NCBI GenBank assembly: GCA_964478705.1 | Contig: CAYZIR010000002.1 | Location: 23,760 to 87,759, forward strand | From: an uncultured Candidatus Saccharibacteria bacterium | Lineage (GTDB): Bacteria; Patescibacteriota; Minisyncoccia; Phycocordibacterales; EsbW-18 | DNA length: 64,000 bases | Direction: 5' to 3' | Part shown: positions 57,039 through 64,000 of the stretch, one piece after another | Layout of the letters: each line of letters opens with the position of its first letter | Numbering within the stretch: the stretch's first letter is position 1 | Notes under the pieces: model-generated | Databases searched by the model: none | Seen by the model: only the letters and a program-made list of their open reading frames with translations | What the model was told of the DNA's origin: nothing | Made by a program: the position numbers and the translations under genes

Positions 57039-58430
57039 ATGAGTAATCCAATTACCGGCGTTCGCACCCCACCACAAGACCTCGGCGCAGAACGTGCGCT
57101 CCTTGGCTCTATCTTGCTTCGTCCAGAAGCAATGCATGAAGTATCGGATGACATCAACGCCGAATCATTCTATGCACAGAAGCATCGCATGATTTTTGGG
57201 GCGATGTTTGACCTCTTTAAAAAAAACGAGCCGATTGATCTCGTGTCGGTCTCTTCCCGTCTTAAAGAAACGAAACAGCTTGATTCTGCTGGTGGCATGT
57301 CATATCTCGCCTCGTTGGTCGACACCGTCCCATCGTCGATGAATGCAAAACACTATTCCGAAATTGTTATGCGTAAATCGGCAATGCGAAACTTGATTGA
57401 AGCGTCCCATCACATTGCAGAGCTTGGTTTTAGTGAAGAAGAAGAACTCGACGAGCTTCTTGATAAAGCTGAGAAAAAAATCTTTGAAGTTACCAATGCT
57501 CCCTCACATCACAAATTTATATCAGTAACGCACGTACTCGCTGACGCGTTTGAACGACTTGAGAAACTTTCAAAAACTGACGGCGAACTTCGTGGTGTGC
57601 CGACCGGATTCACCGAGCTCGATAATAAACTCTCTGGATTGCAAAAATCAGACCTCATCATCCTCGCGGCGCGCCCATCTGTTGGTAAAACGTCCCTTGC
57701 ACTTGATATTGCACGAAACACCGCCGTGCGTTTCGGTAAAAGTGTCGGAATTTTCTCGCTCGAAATGAGTTCACAGCAATTGGTCGACCGTATGCTCGCT
57801 GCAGAAGCGCAAGTTGATGCTTGGAAGCTTCGTACCGGAAAGTTAAAGAGTGATGAAGAGTTTGACCGTATCAGCGACGCATTGAATCGTCTTTCTCAAG
57901 CAAAGATTTATATTGACGATCAGCCGGCGAACAACATCATCAAAATGCGCGCTGTTGCTCGACGATTAAAGAGCGAGCACGGTCTCGACCTCATTATCGT
58001 TGACTACCTCCAACTCATGGCGCCCTCAACACGCCTCAAGGCGGATTCGATGGTTCAACAAGTGACGGAAATTTCGCGTTCGTTGAAACAGCTCGCGCGC
58101 GAGCTTGAAGTGCCGGTCGTTGCTCTTTCTCAGCTCTCCCGTGCAATCGAAACCCGCCGAGGTCGTCCTCAACTCTCCGACCTCCGCGATTCAGGTTCTA
58201 TCGAACAAGACGCGGACATCGTTGCCTTCATCCACAGTGAAGACCGCTACAAAGAGCAGTCTGAACGAAGCAATATCATCGAGCTCATTATTGCAAAACA
58301 TCGCAATGGGCCCGTTGGTACGATTGAACTCTTCTTTGACGATAAGAAGACTTCATTCCGCTCAATTGAACGCCATGGTGTACAAGAATTTGAGCAGATG
58401 GCAAAGGGTGCTGACGAACAGGTATTTTAG
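57039..58430 (+). CDS. dnaB: replicative DNA helicase DnaB
   Basis: Walker A GKTSLAL and RecA-like motifs; start at the ATG 8 nt after a TGCTACCAT -10 element (the ORF track extends to GTG 57021). Confidence 0.9.
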   Translation: MSNPITGVRTPPQDLGAERALLGSILLRPEAMHEVSDDINAESFYAQKHRMIFGAMFDLFKKNEPIDLVSVSSRLKETKQLDSAGGMSYLASLVDTVPSSMNAKHYSEIVMRKSAMRNLIEASHHIAELGFSEEEELDELLDKAEKKIFEVTNAPSHHKFISVTHVLADAFERLEKLSKTDGELRGVPTGFTELDNKLSGLQKSDLIILAARPSVGKTSLALDIARNTAVRFGKSVGIFSLEMSSQQLVDRMLAAEAQVDAWKLRTGKLKSDEEFDRISDALNRLSQAKIYIDDQPANNIIKMRAVARRLKSEHGLDLIIVDYLQLMAPSTRLKADSMVQQVTEISRSLKQLARELEVPVVALSQLSRAIETRRGRPQLSDLRDSGSIEQDADIVAFIHSEDRYKEQSERSNIIELIIAKHRNGPVGTIELFFDDKKTSFRSIERHGVQEFEQMAKGADEQVF

Positions 58431-58453
58431 TGATTCTGCTATTGTGTAGACTT

Positions 58454-59062
58454 ATGAAAGGTATTGAGAAACTCGCGAGCTATTTCCAATCATTCCCTGG
58501 CGTTGGTCCTCGCCAGGCAAAGCGTTTTGTCTACTTCCTCTTGCGACAGGACAAGAAAACGCTTGAAGATATTTCGCGCGTGATTGAAAACCTAAAAGCG
58601 AATGTTGCCGAGTGCACATCGTGTCACCGGATGTATGAAGCTGACGGATATGCTGAGGTATGTGACATTTGTGGAAGTCCGAATCGCGACACCGGCCTTT
58701 TGATGATTGTTGAAAAAGATGCCGACCTTGAAGCACTTGAAAAAAGTGGGGTCTACAACGGCAAATATTTTGTACTCGGCGGAACGCTCCCACTCCTTGA
58801 GACTGCTCTCTCTCCTCTTCGCACCGATGGATTAAAAAACCGTGTGAAAAACGCACTCTCAGTACTGACTGAAATTATTTTAGCGACCGGTGCACATCCC
58901 GAAGGAGAATATACAAGCGACCATGTCCGACTGATACTTGAACCATTACTCAAAGATACAAAGATTGCTGTGACACTGCTTGGCCGAGGACTTTCAACCG
59001 GCACGGAGCTCGAATACTCTGACCGCGAAACGCTCAGGAACGCACTGTTGAATAGAAAATAG
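58454..59062 (+). CDS. recR: recombination protein RecR
   Basis: HhH, C4 zinc finger (CTSCHR...CDIC), Toprim. Confidence 0.9.
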   Translation: MKGIEKLASYFQSFPGVGPRQAKRFVYFLLRQDKKTLEDISRVIENLKANVAECTSCHRMYEADGYAEVCDICGSPNRDTGLLMIVEKDADLEALEKSGVYNGKYFVLGGTLPLLETALSPLRTDGLKNRVKNALSVLTEIILATGAHPEGEYTSDHVRLILEPLLKDTKIAVTLLGRGLSTGTELEYSDRETLRNALLNRK

Positions 59063-59075
59063 AAAACCGCCCGAC

Positions 59076-59106
59076 GCTTCATTGCGTGGGCGGGGTTGGA
59101 GCGGAG
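59076..59106. terminator. bidirectional terminator
   Basis: CCGCCCGACGC-ttcatt-GCGTGGGCGG with an A-run on the plus strand upstream. Confidence 0.55.
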
Positions 59107-59117
59107 GCTCCGAGGGG

Positions 59118-59588
59118 TTAGTCAGCGACTGGTAGGACTCTCTCTTCGAACTCCCAATGATTCTGAGAGCCCGCATAGGGATTGTTGGTGGCGGTGGTCT
59201 GGCGAATCAGAATGCGTTCACCGACCGACAACACGAGCCCTTTGTCTCCACGAACCAAGTGAGGAACGTTTCGTGGTTGTTCTCGCGCCACGAAGTAGCA
59301 GGAGTGTCCTGTTGGCTCGTTGCACAGGACAGCTACCGTTGCTTGGCAGACACGACTCTCTTCGATGAAAAGACGAACATGCCCCTTCTCCTCGAAGACA
59401 ACTTGGTAGCCTTCGGGATGTCGCTCTTCACGTTTCACTCCCTTGTTGGTCGAACCTTCCCCATAAAAAACATCGTAGGTGAGACCGGCCACACATAGGA
59501 GCAGAATACTGATTACAGGGTAAGCAATTCGAAGGATGGTTTTGTCGGTCACGAGAGTCTCCTTGGCCAATGGCCATTCAAAGATCAT
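59118..59588 (-). CDS. hypothetical membrane-anchored protein
   Basis: N-terminal TM helix; no recognisable domain. Confidence 0.4.
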   Translation of the reverse strand: MIFEWPLAKETLVTDKTILRIAYPVISILLLCVAGLTYDVFYGEGSTNKGVKREERHPEGYQVVFEEKGHVRLFIEESRVCQATVAVLCNEPTGHSCYFVAREQPRNVPHLVRGDKGLVLSVGERILIRQTTATNNPYAGSQNHWEFEERVLPVAD

Positions 59589-59709
59589 TATTTAAAAGGA
59601 TATTAACAATATAAAAAGTATTTGTCAAACATGACACACTACAACAAAACCCTCTTTCGAGGGCTCTGATTCGCGTGCATTCGCGCTTCGTATTCGCGTA
59701 AATTCGCGG

Positions 59710-60030
59710 TTAGTTAGATAGAATAGAGTCAACTGCAATCGTCGCAAATGGCTGGCGGTGTCCGCGTTTCTTGTGGTATCGGCTCTTTGCCTTGTATTTG
59801 ACCACTACAACTTTCTTTGCGCGACCCTCAGATTCGTAGGTTCCAGTGACCTTTGCACCTGCGATGTATGGTGTGCCGATGGTTGTCGTCTTGCCATCAT
59901 CAACGAGGAGCACTTTGTCGAAAGCGATTTTCTCTCCCGCCTTTGCGTCCTTAATGATTTCAGTGGTGAAGCGGCTCTTCTCGGTAACGAGATACTGCTT
60001 TCCGCCGGTCTGTATAACTGCGAATTTCAT
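59710..60030 (-). CDS. rplU: 50S ribosomal protein L21
   Basis: MKFAVIQTGGKQY L21 N-terminus. Confidence 0.9.
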   Translation of the reverse strand: MKFAVIQTGGKQYLVTEKSRFTTEIIKDAKAGEKIAFDKVLLVDDGKTTTIGTPYIAGAKVTGTYESEGRAKKVVVVKYKAKSRYHKKRGHRQPFATIAVDSILSN

Positions 60031-60098
60031 AACAAATGTGATAGTGGAATCATACTAACAGATAATCCGGCCTACGGCAAGGTCTTTTGGAACACATC

Positions 60099-60138
60099 AC
60101 CCTTATTCTCAAGTTCTTAAGAACTTGAGAATAAGGGT
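60099..60138. repeat. 40-bp perfect palindrome sharing its inner 26 bp with the palindrome at 30856
   Basis: acccttattctcaagttcttaagaacttgagaataagggt; all 20 base pairs verified by hand. Confidence 0.9.
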
Positions 60139-60240
60139 CACTTCAAATTCTATAGAACGACAATATATCGTCAAATATGCTCGTTCTTCGAGAAAAACCA
60201 ACGACACCAGCATGCTACAATTGAAGGCAATCACACTCCT

Positions 60241-61629
60241 ATGAAGAACCGTTCCCCGTGGCTCCACCAACTCCGCTCTGATCGCGAGTCAGCACGACTC
60301 TCTCACGATATCTCAACCGATATCGCGATCGTCGGAGCGGGTATCGCAGGTGTCGCGACCGCATTCTTCACGCTCAAGTACACAGACAAAACAGTTACCC
60401 TTCTCGAAGCCTTTAAGCTTGCCCACGGTGCAACAGGACACAATGCAGGACAGGTTACCAGCTATTTTGAGCGAGGTTTTGCCAGTATCTCAGATGAGTT
60501 TGGATTAAAGCTTGCTGCCGAAGGACAAAAAAGTGTTGAAGGTGCGTGGGAACTCCTTGATGAGATGTATACCGACGCAGGGCTCACTATCCCCTTCTCC
60601 CGATTCGAAGGGCATGCTGGCCTCTCAACATTCGACCAAGTCATTTTTCATTTGCGTAACAATCATGCGCGAAAGAATGCGGGTCTTCCTGTCGAGACAT
60701 TTCGCATCTCAGAGAATGCACCCTTTCTTTCAAGTATCTCAGACGAGTACGAGGGGCTTTTCTCGATTGTTCCTCATGCAGACATTCTTGCACTCCTTGA
60801 AACACACGATGAACGTTTTTTTGCCACAATTTCCTATCAAAAAGGATGCTTGAACAGTGCGCTCTTTTGTGAAGAAGTAATTTTGTTCCTCCTCAAACAC
60901 TACCCTGACCGATTTGCCCTTTTCGAACACACGCCTATCGCAAAAATTATACTGCATGATGACAAAGCAATACTTGATGCAGAAACGCACACCATCAGCA
61001 CTTCTCGTGTTGTTCTTTGCACCAACGGTTTCGACAATATTCATGTGATTACTGCCGATGGACTTGATATCGACACGAAGCTCCACCACAACATCCACGG
61101 TGTTGTTGGGTATATGTCGGGGTATCTTGAGAAGATGAACAAACTCCCGGGCGCATGGAGCTATCTTCTTCCGCCCGATGAAGCCGATGAGTTTTATCGA
61201 AGTGACCCCGATACCGGTGATCCATACTTTTTGATTACACGACGCCCCTATGTGTACGAAGAAAAAACTGATCACAATTTGATTTCTGTAGCAGGACCCG
61301 AAGTGTCTCTCCCCGATAGACGACACTATTCGCGAGACACCGACTACCCTGATGCAATCACCGATGAAATTGATCGGTTTGTGAAGCAAACGTATAACAT
61401 CGAACCTAACAAAAAGATTGACTATATTTTTACCTGGCACGGATTGATGGGCTACACAAAAAATCTGGTGCGCTTGGTCGGGCCCGAACCGACACATCCA
61501 GTACTTCTGTATAACCTTGGATGCAATGGTGTCGGCATCCTTCCGTCGGTGTTTGGCGGGCGCAGGATTGCTGACGTCATCGCAGAACGTCCCGTTGCTC
61601 CATCGATTTTTGATATTCCAGGAAAATAA
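60241..61629 (+). CDS. FAD-dependent oxidoreductase (DadA/DAO-like)
   Basis: DIAIVGAGIAGVATAF Rossmann dinucleotide-binding motif. Confidence 0.75.
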   Translation: MKNRSPWLHQLRSDRESARLSHDISTDIAIVGAGIAGVATAFFTLKYTDKTVTLLEAFKLAHGATGHNAGQVTSYFERGFASISDEFGLKLAAEGQKSVEGAWELLDEMYTDAGLTIPFSRFEGHAGLSTFDQVIFHLRNNHARKNAGLPVETFRISENAPFLSSISDEYEGLFSIVPHADILALLETHDERFFATISYQKGCLNSALFCEEVILFLLKHYPDRFALFEHTPIAKIILHDDKAILDAETHTISTSRVVLCTNGFDNIHVITADGLDIDTKLHHNIHGVVGYMSGYLEKMNKLPGAWSYLLPPDEADEFYRSDPDTGDPYFLITRRPYVYEEKTDHNLISVAGPEVSLPDRRHYSRDTDYPDAITDEIDRFVKQTYNIEPNKKIDYIFTWHGLMGYTKNLVRLVGPEPTHPVLLYNLGCNGVGILPSVFGGRRIADVIAERPVAPSIFDIPGK

Positions 61630-61698
61630 GACATTTCCCTACAACTTCTTTATTTGATATAGTCCTCTCGGACCGCAGGTACAAGGAGGATTTTAGCC

Positions 61699-62190
61699 GT
61701 GAGATTTTTGCTCGGAGGCATGTTGATGATTACTCTTGCCCTACCGTCTGTCTCAAGCGCTGGTTCAGCAAAAATCGATGCACAAGAAGTGCATCTAGAG
61801 CTTTTTTCACTCCAAGAAAACTCACAGGCCAAGGAGTTCCCTCGAGTCGTGTGGCAAACGTTCGGGAACGGAGATACATTCCTTTCCGTTATCACCGACA
61901 GGAATCGCTACCGGTCAGTCTCGGTGACTCCTTGGATTCGAGAGGAGCGGAAGGGTTTCTTGGGAGAATGGCAGAAGTTGCCATCCTTCGGGATCTCTCA
62001 ACAGAGATCTAATCCCCCACGAGTCATTTCAGGGCTGAAACAGGAACGCCGATTACGAGCGATGAACCTGGATGTCCGGCTCGGCGAGTTTAGAGGTGGC
62101 GCCCGATACTGGCTCCGCGTCGAGGTCTTCACCGACGGATACTACGGAAGCCATGAGTTCTCTCAACCCGTCGATCTCCGTAATAACTGA
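61699..62190 (+). CDS. hypothetical secreted protein
   Basis: GTG start with AGGAGG SD 8 nt upstream; signal peptide. Confidence 0.5.
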   Translation: MRFLLGGMLMITLALPSVSSAGSAKIDAQEVHLELFSLQENSQAKEFPRVVWQTFGNGDTFLSVITDRNRYRSVSVTPWIREERKGFLGEWQKLPSFGISQQRSNPPRVISGLKQERRLRAMNLDVRLGEFRGGARYWLRVEVFTDGYYGSHEFSQPVDLRNN

Positions 62191-62195
62191 TTTGC

Positions 62196-62226
62196 TCTGC
62201 CTCCCTCCATGGGAGGTTTTTCTATC
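62196..62226. terminator. terminator hairpin
   Basis: CTCCC-tccat-GGGAG followed by GTTTTTC. Confidence 0.55.
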
Positions 62227-62623
62227 CAATCAAACGGGAAACATACGTGGTGATTCCAGCTACCGCACCTGATACGAATGTTCCCCATGCCATATCAATC
62301 AATGAAATTGAAAGTGTCCAACCCTTGAGCGTCGCAAGATTTGTCATATCGTAAACACCATAAACGACCAGCCCAAGCAATGCGCCCGAGAGTGCAATAG
62401 AAAATGTCGAATGCCCCAGAGAGATACCGGGAACGATGACAAAATATAGAAGTCCAATAACCAAGAGAAGATAAACACCTCCTACAGCAATATAATGAAC
62501 CTTCTCGAGCATCAACGAACCTAATGCTTTCCCATAGATATTTTTTGCGATTCCCAAAAGCCATATCGCATCCAAGACAAGAAATACTCCCAACGCAATA
62601 CAAAAAAGTTTAAATGTGGTCAT
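62222..62623 (-). CDS. hypothetical four-TM membrane protein
   Basis: Hydrophobic throughout. Confidence 0.5.
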   Translation of the reverse strand: MTTFKLFCIALGVFLVLDAIWLLGIAKNIYGKALGSLMLEKVHYIAVGGVYLLLVIGLLYFVIVPGISLGHSTFSIALSGALLGLVVYGVYDMTNLATLKGWTLSISLIDMAWGTFVSGAVAGITTYVSRLIG

Positions 62624-62653
62624 ATGTAAAAAGTATACCGCTAAAATGGAATA

Positions 62654-62680
62654 CCGCGTACAGCACGTACGCGGTATATC
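62654..62680. repeat. 11-bp perfect stem hairpin
   Basis: ATACCGCGTAC-agcac-GTACGCGGTAT, between two minus-strand genes. Confidence 0.5.
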
Positions 62681-62923
62681 TATCGAAACTAGCTACAGTG
62701 TGCGTCGCAAATATCAACCATCCTGATGAAATGTGACACCCCCTCAACGAGAAGGATGATGGATGATGCGTCAGTGCGATGAACACGCCCCGTCACAAAA
62801 CCTCCGCCACGAACCTTGATATACGCTGTGCCACCTCTCCAGAACTCAAACAAGAACATCGCCACCTCCGTAGTGTGGTGTTTCCAGAAATAGGTATAGC
62901 GCAGTTTTTCTTTCTGTGCAAAA

Positions 62924-63325
62924 TTATTCTGTCTTTTTGATGTCCTGCCACACACCGATGATATTGCCTTCAGTGTCTTGTATATACGCGTAGTATCCCA
63001 TACCTGCGATTTCTTGTTTGGGCATTGCAACAGAACCACCCGCAGTAACCACTTTCTCAAGTGATGCATCAAGATCTTGTACGATTGTCGCGATTGTCGG
63101 CGTTGTCGCAGGAAATTTGCCACCGCGTTTAAACATACCGCCGTTGATGAATCCCGATTCTTTCGGCATATTCTTTTCATCAATAGGACCGGTGTGAAGA
63201 CCAACATAGTCTGAACCATCGGGCATTGGGAAGCTCGATGTCTTCCATCCGAATGATGCTTCATAAAATGCTCGTGCGCGTGCCAGATTGTCAGCTGGTA
63301 TTTCGAAGTGTTGTACTTTGTCCAT
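62924..63325 (-). CDS. VOC family protein (glyoxalase/bleomycin-resistance fold)
   Basis: Paired beta-alpha-beta-beta-beta modules, HFEIP...GYYAYIQDTEGNIIGVWQ. Confidence 0.75.
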   Translation of the reverse strand: MDKVQHFEIPADNLARARAFYEASFGWKTSSFPMPDGSDYVGLHTGPIDEKNMPKESGFINGGMFKRGGKFPATTPTIATIVQDLDASLEKVVTAGGSVAMPKQEIAGMGYYAYIQDTEGNIIGVWQDIKKTE

Positions 63326-63382
63326 AGTTTGAATAGTTAGATGAGTAAGCTCTCGTAGTATAGCAATTATATTTTTCTGTAA

Positions 63383-63425
63383 AACAAGAACCCGCCTCGA
63401 GAGGATTAGATTCCTTTGTGTGAGG
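63383..63425 (-). terminator. rho-independent terminator for minus-strand gene 63437..63913
   Basis: CCCGCCTC...GAGGCGGG followed by a T-rich tail on the minus strand. Confidence 0.5.
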
Positions 63426-63436
63426 CGGGCGGGTGT

Positions 63437-63913
63437 TCACTTGCGGAGTTTAGGAACGCGGCTTTCGAGGTGAACGAGCTCTTCCTCAAGGCGAGCTCGA
63501 ATGAAATCCCACGACAGAGTTTTACTAGTCCACTCTTCAAGTGAGACGTATTCGTTGTCACCGAACCGGAAGTAGTTCGGTGCAAACGCCCGGTCATCGA
63601 AACAGAAAAAGCGAACGTCGTTCAGCTTCTTGAGTGGCGGTAAACCTGGAAGAGATGAGTCGATTTGAATCATGAAGGCCATCGTGCTTACCGTTGGCCA
63701 ACCAACGATTTTCTGATCATCGTCCATCAATGTTTTTTTCCGAAACTCCTTTTCCAACTCGGAAAGAAGATACGGGACTCCGGCATCGGTTCTGCGGAAC
63801 AACTTGATTCGCGGGGAGAGTCGCTCGAAGTAGCTGATCCACTCCTCGAGTCTCTGGAGGTCTTCCTGGGGAATCGAGACTTGTTCTGAGGGCGCTTCGG
63901 GCACTCTATTCAT
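63437..63913 (-). CDS. hypothetical protein
   Basis: Start placed at internal ATG 63913 (MNRVPEA); the ORF track extends it to the window edge. Confidence 0.4.
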   Translation of the reverse strand: MNRVPEAPSEQVSIPQEDLQRLEEWISYFERLSPRIKLFRRTDAGVPYLLSELEKEFRKKTLMDDDQKIVGWPTVSTMAFMIQIDSSLPGLPPLKKLNDVRFFCFDDRAFAPNYFRFGDNEYVSLEEWTSKTLSWDFIRARLEEELVHLESRVPKLRK

Positions 63914-64000
63914 GGTACGTTCCTTTCGGGAGTGGTGGGGAGGTACGAAATCTAGCCGTACCATACACCTTTGGTATTGCCGAAGCAATCTCATATACAA

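Noticed and set aside
1-64000. tRNA genes, rRNA genes, CRISPR arrays
   Set aside because: I scanned for T-arm/acceptor signatures (GTTCGAATCC-like), rRNA conserved blocks and short regularly spaced direct repeats and found none. The only tRNA-like element is the 3' end of the 48030-48385 candidate RNA.

Overview
This window reads as a housekeeping stretch from a small-genome bacterium. Several traits suggest a CPR/Patescibacteria-like organism, but this is only an inference: archaeal-type short AspRS and alpha2-type GlyRS, an AlaRS lacking the C-terminal domain, a minimal HolB, GC around 50%, and many genes with no Shine-Dalgarno (SD) sequence. Most genes are on the + strand. Recognisable content: dsbA-like, uppP, hisS, priA, mreB, holB, nth, an M16 peptidase, alaS, a dCMP-deaminase-like gene, the r-protein/rpoA cluster infA-rpmJ-rpsM-rpsK-rpsD-rpoA-rplQ-rplM-rpsI, grpE-dnaK, dnaJ, an ABC exporter, glyQS, trpS, aspS, scpAB, a cell-wall cluster (dacA-like, mraY, ftsW/rodA, nadD, murG), gltX, an M23 peptidase, rpmA, rplI, ctpA, corA, cysS, dnaB, recR, rplU, an FAD oxidoreductase and a VOC protein. 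No tRNA, rRNA or CRISPR array was found. Features not explained by ordinary gene content: (1) an AT-rich four-gene island right after the dnaK terminator (23.2-27.8 kb), encoding an orphan 494-aa protein with a PD-(D/E)xK-like motif, a beta-class DPPY DNA methyltransferase, a translationally coupled 173-aa PD-ExK-like protein and a GmrSD-type (DUF262/DUF1524) protein. (2) A second island (29.1-33.3 kb) of about eight small hypothetical genes. Unlike the host genes they carry canonical AGGAGG SD sequences and classical sigma70 promoter and terminators, and they include an ArsR-family regulator and three copies of a TTTCTGCAGAAA palindrome. (3) Two 40-bp perfect palindromes that share an identical 26-bp core but have different, compensating outer arms, at 30856 and 60099. 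(4) A T-box-like leader (GGUGGUACCGCG motif with overlapping antiterminator and terminator) upstream of a small ORF plus aspS. (5) Two promoter-to-terminator non-coding units, one of about 355 nt with a tmRNA-like 3' end and one of about 300 nt before glyQS. (6) A recurring TGCTAYAYT extended -10 motif placed 6-13 nt before start codons, implying leaderless mRNAs, and G-free CCCTAAA-type leaders before r-protein genes.
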